31,339 nucleotides of DNA from a virus (Duplodnaviria > Caudoviricetes). Made by a program: the position numbers and the translations under genes. Position 1 is the stretch's first letter. Every line of letters starts with the position of its first letter. Of this stretch, positions 7,656-15,638 are shown piece by piece. The DNA lies in the IMG/VR virus record IMGVR_UViG_3300016476_000531, positions 1 through 31,339 of that record. The stretch is one strand, 5' to 3'. The notes under the pieces were generated by a model. The model saw nothing but the letters and a program-made list of their open reading frames with translations. It searched no databases and was not told the DNA's origin.

Positions 7656-8867
7656 CTATTTTTTACGGTTCGTCGTGCGGAACTCGGCCACCGACTGCGT
7701 CTTTGCCAAGGTCTGCCGTGAGTAACGCATGGTTGTCCTCGCATCGCGGTGAGTGGCGTGGTGCCGCACTGCTTCGATCGGCGCCCCGGCGTCGGTCGCC
7801 TCGGTGATCCCGCCCGCTCTGGAGTCCATGTTGTAGACGCTTCGCGGCACACCGGCGGCAGTGGCCACCTCGCGCCAGCGTTTGCTGAACCGTTCGTTAC
7901 GATAGGGAAGACCTGACCGCTCGTCGATGATCATCGGGCCTACCTTCGGACCCGCCCATCGCCCCAGCTCCTGCACAACCAGAGGATAGCGGTTAATCTC
8001 GAAGACAGCTTCGGCCTTTGTCTTGGTCGTGATCTTGCGCAGCACGCCATCGGCCCCGATGTGAGACCACAACAGGCCATTTGCCCACCGGCGACCGGCC
8101 GCCACGATCGCGCCTGAAGCATCTTCCACGCCCGGGATCCATTCCCCGATCACATCCTTCTGCCGCATGGTGAGCTCGAACTGCAGCGCCTGGGCGAGGG
8201 CGATCGACGGCAGACCCATCTCATGCGCCTTCTCGATGATGGCGGCGGCCTGCTCATAGCTGACGAAGGTCGTCCGCGGCGGTGGCTTCGTGAAGCGCAT
8301 CTCGGACAGGATTTCACGCAAACGTGAACACTGAGGAAGCTCGAGAACGACGCCCCAGCTTACCGCGATGCGAAACATATTCATGAGCTTGTGGGCGCTT
8401 GAGATAAGGGTCTCGGCGCCGGTGTTGTCCGTAGCGAAATTCTTGTACCAGGCAAGGAAGTCAACGCCTGTCAGGCTCCCGAGCCGCCTCTTGCCCACCA
8501 CGTCGCGCAGCGTGTCGAGATGCTGGGAATAGGTGTGCTGGGTATTGTACTTCAACTCACGGTATGGAGAGTTCGGGTGTTCGCGATAGTACCGGATCAG
8601 CGAGGCGACGGTGCCGTCGAAGCCCGACTTGTCGAATACCCGGCTGGGATCCATGTCGTTCAACCAGAGCTGCAGTTCCATGTGGAGCTGTTGGCACTGG
8701 GATGCCCTGGCGGCGTCGCCACCGGGCGTCTGGTCTGCAAGGCGCACAGTCTTGAGGCCATAGCGTTTCGCCTTCCTCGAGCAGTTGGCGGCGACCCAAT
8801 ACCAGACGATTGATCCATCTTTGCGGTGCCGAGGCTTAAGCCCGGGCGCGTCGTTTTTTGAGGGCAT
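7656..8867 (-). CDS. int: Tyrosine recombinase / phage integrase
   Basis: Catalytic R (TMRQKD), K (TTKTK), variant HxxR (NMDSRAGG), H (ATH) and Y (RYSR). N-terminal arm-binding domain. Start assigned at MPSKND. Confidence 0.92.
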   Translation of the reverse strand: MPSKNDAPGLKPRHRKDGSIVWYWVAANCSRKAKRYGLKTVRLADQTPGGDAARASQCQQLHMELQLWLNDMDPSRVFDKSGFDGTVASLIRYYREHPNSPYRELKYNTQHTYSQHLDTLRDVVGKRRLGSLTGVDFLAWYKNFATDNTGAETLISSAHKLMNMFRIAVSWGVVLELPQCSRLREILSEMRFTKPPPRTTFVSYEQAAAIIEKAHEMGLPSIALAQALQFELTMRQKDVIGEWIPGVEDASGAIVAAGRRWANGLLWSHIGADGVLRKITTKTKAEAVFEINRYPLVVQELGRWAGPKVGPMIIDERSGLPYRNERFSKRWREVATAAGVPRSVYNMDSRAGGITEATDAGAPIEAVRHHATHRDARTTMRYSRQTLAKTQSVAEFRTTNRKK

Positions 8868-9081
8868 CCCAATCCTCCACTTCTTCCGGCTCCGGTGTGC
8901 GGAGCAGGGGGTTCCCAGAGTATCTCTGTAAAAGCCACGTCTCAACCGCCGGCCAGTACCGTTTGCCGATTAGGGGATCCACGCGAGGGAACCCCTGGCG
9001 CTCGAAATGCTGCACCGCAGGACGCCAGCGCCGCTCTGGGATGTTCAGCCGTTCGCGAATTTCGGAATCCGAGAGGTACAT
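8836..9081 (-). CDS. xis: Excisionase / winged-HTH recombination directionality factor
   Basis: Small basic protein directly upstream of int with GFPRVDPLIGKRYWPAV motif. RBS GGAGG. Confidence 0.75.
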   Translation of the reverse strand: MYLSDSEIRERLNIPERRWRPAVQHFERQGFPRVDPLIGKRYWPAVETWLLQRYSGNPLLRTPEPEEVEDWDALKKRRARA

Positions 9082-9083
9082 GG

Positions 9084-9353
9084 TCAGGCCTCCTTCGGGA
9101 TCAGGGCGCGGATCGCGGCGGCGGCTTTTGCACACCCCGCGCTTTCGCCAAGCCACATATCGCCGTTGTACATCTTGCGCGCCCTGCGCTCCGCCTCTTC
9201 CTCCATTGCGTCACACACTTTCGCCGCCTCCTCCAGCGCCACGGCGATGGCGGCGCGGGCGAGCTTTTCGGCATCAGCCCTGCCCCAGAACGATGACCAC
9301 GGCTCTGACTGCATCATCGCCCGCGTTCCGCGCTTCACCAGATCGTCACTCAT
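9084..9353 (-). CDS. Hypothetical early protein
   Basis: MSDDLVKRG...ARAAIAVALEEAAKVCD...AAAIRAL. RBS GGAGG. Start overlaps the upstream stop. Confidence 0.7.
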   Translation of the reverse strand: MSDDLVKRGTRAMMQSEPWSSFWGRADAEKLARAAIAVALEEAAKVCDAMEEEAERRARKMYNGDMWLGESAGCAKAAAAIRALIPKEA

Positions 9354-9585
9354 CGCGGGCCTCCTGCGGCAGGGGGAGGATGATCTTGTGCTCAAAATCG
9401 ACGGCCTCGATATGCCACATTCCCGGCCACGCATTGATGGCGGCGGCGATGGTCGCGCGGGCTTCGTCTTTCCAGTCAGGCTGTGTGGCCTTCAGGATTT
9501 CCCAAAACCTTTGATCCTTGAGTTTCCAAGCGGCTTGCGCAGCAGCCTCTACTACCTCATCTGGCACCTGTTCAGGTTTCAGCAT
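9346..9585 (-). CDS. Hypothetical early protein (paralog of 9572..9886)
   Basis: VPDEVVEAAA...AAAINAWPGM...IILPLP. RBS GGAG. Confidence 0.75.
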   Translation of the reverse strand: MLKPEQVPDEVVEAAAQAAWKLKDQRFWEILKATQPDWKDEARATIAAAINAWPGMWHIEAVDFEHKIILPLPQEARDE

Positions 9586-9886
9586 TGGTGTTCTCCGTGG
9601 GAGTGGGGAGGATAAGGCGGGGGTCAGCAACGGCGCTTCCATCATTGCGCGCGCGCAAGATGCGGTCTGCCTCCATCCCCGGCCACGCCGCGATCCCTGC
9701 GCGGAGGGCGGCGGTGGCGTGCTTCATGTAATACTCCTTGCCATCTACGCTCAGGTTTTCCCACGGGCAGTAGGTCAAGCTGGCCATTATCCCGTGATCA
9801 GCTAGCGCCTCATCGCGGGTCATTTCGTAATCGGCCCTCGCAGCCGCCTCCACCGCCTCGGGCGGGATGGTGATGCGGTCAGTCAA
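9572..9886 (-). CDS. Hypothetical early protein with TIPPEAVEAA leader (TTG start)
   Basis: ITIPPEAVEAAARA...AGIAAWPGM...LILPTP. RBS AAGGAG. Confidence 0.7.
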   Translation of the reverse strand: MTDRITIPPEAVEAAARADYEMTRDEALADHGIMASLTYCPWENLSVDGKEYYMKHATAALRAGIAAWPGMEADRILRARNDGSAVADPRLILPTPTENTNAET

Positions 9887-10097
9887 CTGAGATTTCTCCT
9901 TTTTCATATTCGCCACACCATTCCGTCAACCGTACCAGAGGCCACGCAGTCCATGCCGGAGACATGTGGCCACCGGCCACAACTGGGGATCGTCTGTGGC
10001 AGCGTAGCATTGGTTCCGGGGAAACCGCTTGGTCGGGGTAACTGTGATTGCTAAAGGGGTACGACGAAAAACGGCACGTCTCACAAGTATGTGTCAC
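9879..10097 (-). CDS. Small Cys-rich (CxxC...C...WCGE) protein
   Basis: GTGA start/stop overlap. CETC...CHRRSP...WP...WCGEY motif common in phage early genes. Confidence 0.7.
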   Translation of the reverse strand: MTHTCETCRFSSYPFSNHSYPDQAVSPEPMLRCHRRSPVVAGGHMSPAWTAWPLVRLTEWCGEYEKGEISVD

Positions 10098-10318
10098 CAC
10101 TCTACATCCCTCTTGAATGGGCTGTCGCTCCAAGGCGTACCGCCGCGCGATGATGTCACTTCCTTCATGCCTTCCTGAAATCCGCTGTTATATGCGTACT
10201 TCACCATCTTCTTGAGCCGACAAATTTCGGCCTCTAGCTGCTCAATAACCTTTCCTCGCCTATCCATTTCGGCAGCGGTTTCGGCATGAGAAGCGCCGCG
10301 CTCTATCGTTATCCTCAT
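10094..10318 (-). CDS. Hypothetical protein (coiled-coil)
   Basis: ATGA overlaps with neighbours in the operon. Confidence 0.65.
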   Translation of the reverse strand: MRITIERGASHAETAAEMDRRGKVIEQLEAEICRLKKMVKYAYNSGFQEGMKEVTSSRGGTPWSDSPFKRDVEW

Positions 10319-10512
10319 GGGCGCACCGGATGTTCTTCGTCGATCCAGCCGAAGCCATTGCAGGTGTAGCAGCGGACTTCATAGACGCCGGGACCAAGCC
10401 GGATGTCTTTGACTGCGCGCCACTGCTTGCCGTTGCAAGCTGGGCAGATAGTGCATCCATCGGCATCTCTAGTAAGCGCCTCGGGCGGGATGGGGATGTC
10501 AGGTGTCATCAT
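10315..10512 (-). CDS. Zn-ribbon protein (CxxC..CxxC) with IPIPPEAL leader
   Basis: CPACNGK and CYTCNGFG motifs. Confidence 0.7.
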   Translation of the reverse strand: MMTPDIPIPPEALTRDADGCTICPACNGKQWRAVKDIRLGPGVYEVRCYTCNGFGWIDEEHPVRP

Positions 10513-10514
10513 CT

Positions 10515-10727
10515 TCACTGCTCGCTTTTGAACAACATAGACCGAACGGCGCAGTCTTTTGCCTCCAACAGCTTGCGGAGGCAAACCGTGCGTTCCGCGT
10601 TGCGTGGAAGCGCCTTGATGATGGTATCGGCCAGCGCGTGGAATGGGGCGCTGACCTCTTGGAGGTGCGCCGGCAGGTGGGAGTAGGCAAAGAACTGAAG
10701 CAGGGGTTCATTCATCGGTTCATTCAT
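10515..10727 (-). CDS. Small helical-hairpin protein, Acb2/Tad1-like nucleotide-signal sponge candidate
   Basis: LQFFAYSHLP.HLQEVS.PF...A..I...LPRN.ERTV.LRKLLEAKD.AVR pattern. Confidence 0.6.
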   Translation of the reverse strand: MNEPMNEPLLQFFAYSHLPAHLQEVSAPFHALADTIIKALPRNAERTVCLRKLLEAKDCAVRSMLFKSEQ

Positions 10728-10956
10728 TGGTCTTTTCCTTGGTTAAGGCGGCCCCATGATGTAGCCCGCTTAGGTAGATAGCCAAAAGACTGTCTTGGAA
10801 ACTGACACCGACATTGGTGCAGTCTGTGAATATGCTGACAGCGATGTTGACCATCGCTTCGTAATGCTCACGGTCCATGTTCATGCGGCTCATGCTGTAA
10901 GGCGTGGTTCGCAATCCCTTTAGGCTGTGATGAACTGGTGCTATTGCGCGCTTCAC
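10720..10956 (-). CDS. Hypothetical protein (GTG start)
   Basis: RBS GGAGGAG supplied by the upstream mini-ORF. Stop overlaps the next gene. Confidence 0.7.
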   Translation of the reverse strand: MKRAIAPVHHSLKGLRTTPYSMSRMNMDREHYEAMVNIAVSIFTDCTNVGVSFQDSLLAIYLSGLHHGAALTKEKTNE

Positions 10957-11003
10957 GGTATAATCTCCTCCACCGCCTCGGGCGGGATGGTGATGTCAGT
11001 CAT
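10953..11003 (-). CDS. 16-aa mini-ORF MTDITIPPEAVEEIIP (orphan leader/remnant)
   Basis: Manual translation. Start overlaps the upstream stop, its stop overlaps the downstream GTG, and it has its own GGAG RBS. Confidence 0.45.
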   Translation of the reverse strand: MTDITIPPEAVEEIIP

Positions 11004-11349
11004 GCTTCGGCTCCCTCCAAACTGGGCGGGCTGCTAAGTATGAGGCGAGACGCGTCATCAAGGTGTGTTCCTTCTGACGCCAGCGGTCTTCGTCCTCGCT
11101 TTTGCGCGGAGCAGCACCCGGCAATACGTCAAGAAGCATGTGAATTTGCTCCAATTCAGCCTCAAGACGGGCTGACTTCTCGTAGAACGTCTTTTGCCCG
11201 CTCTTCTCGTTATCGCGCTCCTTGGTGAGCTTTTCGATCTGCATCTTCAGATCAGAAATTTCGGATTGCGCTGCTTTAAGAAGCGTCGATGCGGCAGGCT
11301 TTTTCTTGCTCATGCGTTTCCTCTTGGTCTCAAGGGTGATGTCAGTCAT
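10996..11349 (-). CDS. Coiled-coil hypothetical protein (alternative start 11313)
   Basis: MTDITLETKRKRMSKKK... TGATG overlap with the upstream gene. Confidence 0.7.
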   Translation of the reverse strand: MTDITLETKRKRMSKKKPAASTLLKAAQSEISDLKMQIEKLTKERDNEKSGQKTFYEKSARLEAELEQIHMLLDVLPGAAPRKSEDEDRWRQKEHTLMTRLASYLAARPVWREPKHD

Positions 11350-11630
11350 CACGGCCTCCCAGCAAGGCCGCAGTAGCCGTGAGTGGTGGATGGCCCGCCA
11401 GCAACAATAACAGGTCCATACTCGCGGTCCTCTATCTGGTGTGTTGTGCCAGCCCACCGCCACGCCATGCAGCTGGCACCGACACAGGCACACGACCAAT
11501 TCCCAAACGCGCGGCCTGTGTTGATTTCATTTCCTTCTTCGTACCCCCGGTTAAATGTGCCGCCCTCTTCGCCGGGGTGACGAACATGAGGACACCAATG
11601 TTCACATGCCTTCTTCTCTTCAATAATCAT
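11349..11630 (-). CDS. Cys-rich hypothetical protein
   Basis: WCP...C.GASCMAWRW...GYCGLAG motif widespread in phages. Confidence 0.8.
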   Translation of the reverse strand: MIIEEKKACEHWCPHVRHPGEEGGTFNRGYEEGNEINTGRAFGNWSCACVGASCMAWRWAGTTHQIEDREYGPVIVAGGPSTTHGYCGLAGRP

Positions 11631-11908
11631 GCTTCCTCCTTCCCCGGCGCGGGCTGGGCGTCGAGGGCGGCGCGGGCAATTTTAGAAATTGGCGTGTAAC
11701 CAAGCTGCTCCAACATAGCGATGCAGCTTTTCAACGCCGCCCGCAGCCGCTCGTTGTCAGTCGCAATTTTTGCCTTTTCCAAGCGCAACACCTCTATTTC
11801 ATGTGCTGCATATTCGCGCTCGGCCTGACGCCTTACTCGCATCTCAGTGTCGCTTTCTGACGCAAGGCGAAAAGGACGCTCACGTAATGTCGTTACAATG
11901 TCAGCCAT
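11627..11908 (-). CDS. Ead/Ea22-like hypothetical protein
   Basis: MADIVTTLR...AAHEIEVLR...RLRAAL...ARAAL. Confidence 0.65.
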   Translation of the reverse strand: MADIVTTLRERPFRLASESDTEMRVRRQAEREYAAHEIEVLRLEKAKIATDNERLRAALKSCIAMLEQLGYTPISKIARAALDAQPAPGKEEA

Positions 11909-12546
11909 CACTTCCCCTCCAGTGCGGCGCGGGCGTTCCAATATAAACAGCTACCCTTAAAGCAGAGGCCGCCTACCCCTTCACCTTTTACGCTGCACAT
12001 ACAGGCAAACGGCTCAAGCGCCGCCCGCAGCCGCTCAACCTCGGCGCGCACGTTATTGGCAGCATCACACGTCCCGCACTTGAACGGGTTTGACGGCAGA
12101 ATGTGATGCTCAAGATCGGCAGGCATCGGATACCCCAAGGCGAAGCGCATCTGAATGTTCTCGATCCGCAGCCTTTCGTAGTCTGCCTTCAGCACATCCC
12201 AATGCAGCATCACATCGCGGTTGGCGGCGAGGATGGCCTTGTTCTCATCTTCCAGCCGCTCGTTCTCGGCGCGGAGGCGCTCCACTTCTTTCGCCATCGC
12301 GCAATACGTGTCACCACCTTCGGCAGCGACAAGGCCCGTCTTCCCGTCCGGAAACTTGCACTGCCACGCGGCAAGGCTGAAGCATTCCGCCTCTAGCTTC
12401 CCAACTTTTGCGGCCAGTATCGCAGCCTCCGCGCAATACTGCGTCGTGCCCTGATCTCGGGCGCAGCCGCCGGAACGGAGGCGCTCTACCTCGGCGCGCA
12501 GCGCGGTGATCTCGTCGGCGGCGTCATCGAACAGGTCCGTGTTCAT
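11908..12546 (-). CDS. Ead/Ea22-like mosaic protein with repeated EVERLRA linkers
   Basis: AADEITALRAEVERLR plus further ERLR linkers separating Cys-containing modules. Start assigned at MNTDL. Confidence 0.7.
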   Translation of the reverse strand: MNTDLFDDAADEITALRAEVERLRSGGCARDQGTTQYCAEAAILAAKVGKLEAECFSLAAWQCKFPDGKTGLVAAEGGDTYCAMAKEVERLRAENERLEDENKAILAANRDVMLHWDVLKADYERLRIENIQMRFALGYPMPADLEHHILPSNPFKCGTCDAANNVRAEVERLRAALEPFACMCSVKGEGVGGLCFKGSCLYWNARAALEGK

Positions 12547-12548
12547 AT

Positions 12549-12809
12549 CTATGTCCCTTGAGGCTGAAGCCACGATAAAACGCCGTCGTTATTGCGGGGC
12601 GTAGGTGTGCTTGTTTCCTTCACGCGGCGTCCCTGCATGCTCGTAAATCGGCTCATAAACTCGTCATACCTGTCGGCCAAATCGAGCATTTCACCGTTTG
12701 TCAAAGATACAGCCGCCGTGCCATCAGAGTTCCTAAACACAACGACAACGTGGTCGGCTACCAACGCTGCCACCTCGCCCTTTTGCGTTTTAACTCTCAA
12801 CACGCTCAT
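12549..12809 (-). CDS. Hypothetical protein (small beta-rich domain)
   Basis: RBS GGAGG. ATGA overlap. Confidence 0.65.
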   Translation of the reverse strand: MSVLRVKTQKGEVAALVADHVVVVFRNSDGTAAVSLTNGEMLDLADRYDEFMSRFTSMQGRRVKETSTPTPRNNDGVLSWLQPQGT

Positions 12810-13033
12810 GCTTGGCCCTCCGTGATGTTTTCCGACCGGGCATACTCAACCTCGATGAACACGGTCGGCCCGATGGCCGGGTGGGTGGAGATGCTGGTAC
12901 GATGCCCGGTGATGTTGCCCCGCTTTGTCGTGGGCCTTCCGGCATGGCGGGACGGGAAGGTGACGCAGACATCCGCCCCCGGATGAGACTTCGCCAAGTT
13001 GGCGATGATCTCGCTGAGATATTCGATCTTCAT
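12806..13033 (-). CDS. Hypothetical protein
   Basis: RBS GGAGG. In the operon chain. Confidence 0.65.
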   Translation of the reverse strand: MKIEYLSEIIANLAKSHPGADVCVTFPSRHAGRPTTKRGNITGHRTSISTHPAIGPTVFIEVEYARSENITEGQA

Positions 13034-13240
13034 TCACCAGCCTCCCAATACACGCAGCAGATTCCGAAGGCGTACGGCAACGTCATTCACGGGCGGCGCA
13101 ATACGCGCCACACGCTCCTGGTATTCGTAGACCTGTATCCAGTCCTGAGCTTCGATGAGGCGGTTACGCAGGACGATGAAGTAGAGGCCGGCCGCACCAG
13201 CAATTGCACCCGCAATCAGTCCAAGGGCAAATGCAATCAT
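13034..13240 (-). CDS. Small membrane-anchored protein
   Basis: N-terminal hydrophobic helix MIAFALGLIAGAIAGAAGLYFIVL. Confidence 0.7.
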   Translation of the reverse strand: MIAFALGLIAGAIAGAAGLYFIVLRNRLIEAQDWIQVYEYQERVARIAPPVNDVAVRLRNLLRVLGGW

Positions 13241-13611
13241 TGGCCAGCCCCCCGATGCTTCGGGAATCCTCGTGACTGCAAGGGGCGCGGCGAGCGGGGC
13301 CAGAGGCCGGCGTGCTTGAGACGGATGCGGCGCTCCTTGGCGCGGGCCCGGTTCTCGTCAACCGTCTTCTCGCGGTGGGCATCGGCCAGCACGAGCTGAA
13401 GGTTTGACTCCGAATTGGTCCCGCCGTCCTTCAGTGGCTTGATATGGTCGGCGTGCGTCGTGTCGCCGGGCCGGATCTTCCGGCCAGAGATGGCGCAACG
13501 GCCGCCCTGGCGCAAGAAGAGGCGATCAATGACGGCCTTCGGCGGTTTGGTGTCAGGCGTCTTGCCTACCCATTCCTCGACCTTTCTGCCGGTCAGCACA
13601 AAATCATCCAT
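13237..13611 (-). CDS. HNH endonuclease
   Basis: GRCAISG...ADHIKPLKDGGTN.ESNLQLV...HREKT. Confidence 0.88.
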   Translation of the reverse strand: MDDFVLTGRKVEEWVGKTPDTKPPKAVIDRLFLRQGGRCAISGRKIRPGDTTHADHIKPLKDGGTNSESNLQLVLADAHREKTVDENRARAKERRIRLKHAGLWPRSPRPLQSRGFPKHRGAGQ

Positions 13612-13921
13612 GACGCGGCTCCTTGAAGCGCATGACCGGATAGACGAGGCCGTAGCGTGTGTATCTGGCGTTCAGCTCTTCAAACAGCCAGCCGCGGTCG
13701 ACCAGCTCGCGCACGCTGTGGTGCACGGTGGAGAGCTTCATGTTGATGTCCGCAGCTGCTTCGCGGAAATGAACCTGGAAGGCCTCGCCATGCGGCTTAT
13801 TGGCCACGAGCCAACGATAGACGCGGGCTTGTTCTGGGGTCATGCCATAGCGAGGCCGGCCGTCGTAGGGCTGGCCAAGCGGGAAGGCGGGGGTAGTCTT
13901 TTCAAGGGCAAGGGCGGTCAT
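13604..13921 (-). CDS. Winged-HTH DNA-binding protein
   Basis: GMTPEQARVYRWL...FREAAADINMKLSTVHHSVRELVDRGWL. Confidence 0.75.
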   Translation of the reverse strand: MTALALEKTTPAFPLGQPYDGRPRYGMTPEQARVYRWLVANKPHGEAFQVHFREAAADINMKLSTVHHSVRELVDRGWLFEELNARYTRYGLVYPVMRFKEPRHG

Positions 13922-14307
13922 GAGCGGGCCTCCTCTGCAAGCCGCATCTTACGGATGGCGGTTCGCATCATGGAGGAGTTGTGGGCATTAAGCGGGATCA
14001 GCTTGCCATCGTACTGGGCGCGGAACTCACGTGGCACATCCTTCATGAGTTTCATCAACTCATCGCGGGTCATTTCGCTCAGGCCCATCCGGTCGAAGTC
14101 CAGCATTTCCTGCACGTCTTTCCGTCTCTCTTCGGCGTAGGGACACCAGTCTGGACTGTTCGCCGCATCGGGGATGTCGCGCTCTGGCTTCACGGCGCAG
14201 CACTTGCGCCCGATCATCTGGAAGCAATAGGTCTGCTTCGTGATGCACGAAATCTGCACCTGATTGTCTTTGGTGACGGTTGCGGCGGGGCCAAATGACT
14301 TGTTCAT
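13918..14307 (-). CDS. Hypothetical protein
   Basis: ORF with ATGA overlap downstream and a Cys cluster (C..C..CC..WCP). Confidence 0.6.
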   Translation of the reverse strand: MNKSFGPAATVTKDNQVQISCITKQTYCFQMIGRKCCAVKPERDIPDAANSPDWCPYAEERRKDVQEMLDFDRMGLSEMTRDELMKLMKDVPREFRAQYDGKLIPLNAHNSSMMRTAIRKMRLAEEARS

Positions 14308-14362
14308 GCTGCGGGCCTCAATGTTGCGGGATCGGTTTCAATCAGTTCGTGGGTGAGGGAGG

Positions 14363-14578
14363 TCATGCGATCCTCCAGACGCGGCACCCCATCTCGCCGC
14401 TAACCATCACCGTCTTGCAGCGAACCTTCACGCCAGCCTTCCGGGCCAGCTGGTTCATGTAGGTTGCGCGCTTGCCCGGTACGAAAAAGCTGTCGCCAAC
14501 GGCCAGCGTATACCAAGGATACTTGGGCGGCCTGCCGCCGGGATTGCGGAAGTCCGTCTGTGGGCTGATGAAGTTCAT
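14363..14578 (-). CDS. Small putative DNA-binding protein
   Basis: GRPPKYPW..L.VGDSFFVP...G.RVWRI motif. Confidence 0.75.
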   Translation of the reverse strand: MNFISPQTDFRNPGGRPPKYPWYTLAVGDSFFVPGKRATYMNQLARKAGVKVRCKTVMVSGEMGCRVWRIA

Positions 14579-15000
14579 GCGGCCTCCCGTTCTGTCTCTG
14601 CTAGGGGATCAAACCCGCAGACTTCGGCCAGGCGAGCCGCCGCGCGGTCAAAGAACCTCTGGAACTCTGCGGCATCCATCTTCGACATGGCGGTGGAGTC
14701 CGGCACGTAGACCATGCGCCCATCAAGCAGCCGCATCGGGGTTACTAGGCCAAGGTCCAGCTTGAGCGCCTCATGCAGCTTTTCTGCCGAATGCCAGGCT
14801 CCGGTGGCCTCGACGACCTCCGTCAGCATCACCCAGTAGCGGGCAAGCTGGCGAGAGCTGCGGCGCTTCTTGATCGTGATCTCGACATCGGAATGCAGCG
14901 CATACTGATCGAGCAGATCGCGGGCGAGACGGGAGCGGGGTTCTAGCCCCCGCTCCGTTTTACGCAGTACCAAAGGCGCTGTTTCGCGGTCCTGTTTCAT
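14575..15000 (-). CDS. NinB/DUF1367-like recombination accessory protein
   Basis: RRS..Q..RYW...LK...G...PDS.AMSKMD.AEF..FF. Located next to ERF. Confidence 0.7.
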   Translation of the reverse strand: MKQDRETAPLVLRKTERGLEPRSRLARDLLDQYALHSDVEITIKKRRSSRQLARYWVMLTEVVEATGAWHSAEKLHEALKLDLGLVTPMRLLDGRMVYVPDSTAMSKMDAAEFQRFFDRAAARLAEVCGFDPLAETEREAA

Positions 15001-15638
15001 TCTGCTGCCTCAACCGTGGCGCCGGGGAACGAGTTCTGGACCCAGTAAGCGCGGCGGGCCTCGATGCTGTTCGTGACCTTGGCGCGGTCGGCAGTGCCGA
15101 GCCTCGACCACGCAGCGCGGGCCTTGGTGACCTCTTCCTCAAATGCCTCTGCCGTGGCCGCCTCGTTGAACTTGCGGACGATGGTGTCGCCGATGCTCTC
15201 GACGGCAGCCGGGATGATGGCTTTTGCGGCAGGCGCCTGATAGGCGGGACGAGAATGCGCAGCTTCGGCGTCATCATCTTCGTCTGCCGCAATATTGCAG
15301 ATGGCCGAGAGCGTGTAGCGGCGGCCATAAGTTATGGCGCTGCCCATGGCTTGCGGCTTGTCTTGCGAGATAGGGAAGCGGCTTTCAATCCACTGCCCGG
15401 ACTTGTGCAGCATCCGCGTCACAACCAGCAACTTGCCATCATCAGTCGTGTCCAGCCCCTGCGTGATTGCAAGGCCGTTCTTGGACAGAGATGGCGTGAC
15501 GGTATCCCTGATCTCGCTGAGATCTGCATAGCGAGACTTGAAGTGAGGGTTCTGCTTGTTCAGCCGCGCATTCTTCATTTCGGCTTGTGCCAAGGCGAGC
15601 GCGGAAGCAAGTTCATTGATCTGTTCTGACATTCTCAT
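14997..15638 (-). CDS. erf: ERF-family single-strand annealing recombinase
   Basis: NPHFKSRYADL...HKSGQWI...PQAMGSAITYGRRYTL...EDDD. Confidence 0.93.
   Translation of the reverse strand: MRMSEQINELASALALAQAEMKNARLNKQNPHFKSRYADLSEIRDTVTPSLSKNGLAITQGLDTTDDGKLLVVTRMLHKSGQWIESRFPISQDKPQAMGSAITYGRRYTLSAICNIAADEDDDAEAAHSRPAYQAPAAKAIIPAAVESIGDTIVRKFNEAATAEAFEEEVTKARAAWSRLGTADRAKVTNSIEARRAYWVQNSFPGATVEAAE

Noticed and set aside
9847-12500. Repeats as template/variable regions of a diversity-generating retroelement or as integron attC sites
   Set aside because: No reverse transcriptase or integron integrase in the window, repeats are short, there is no adenine-specific mismatch pattern, and no attC-like palindromes.
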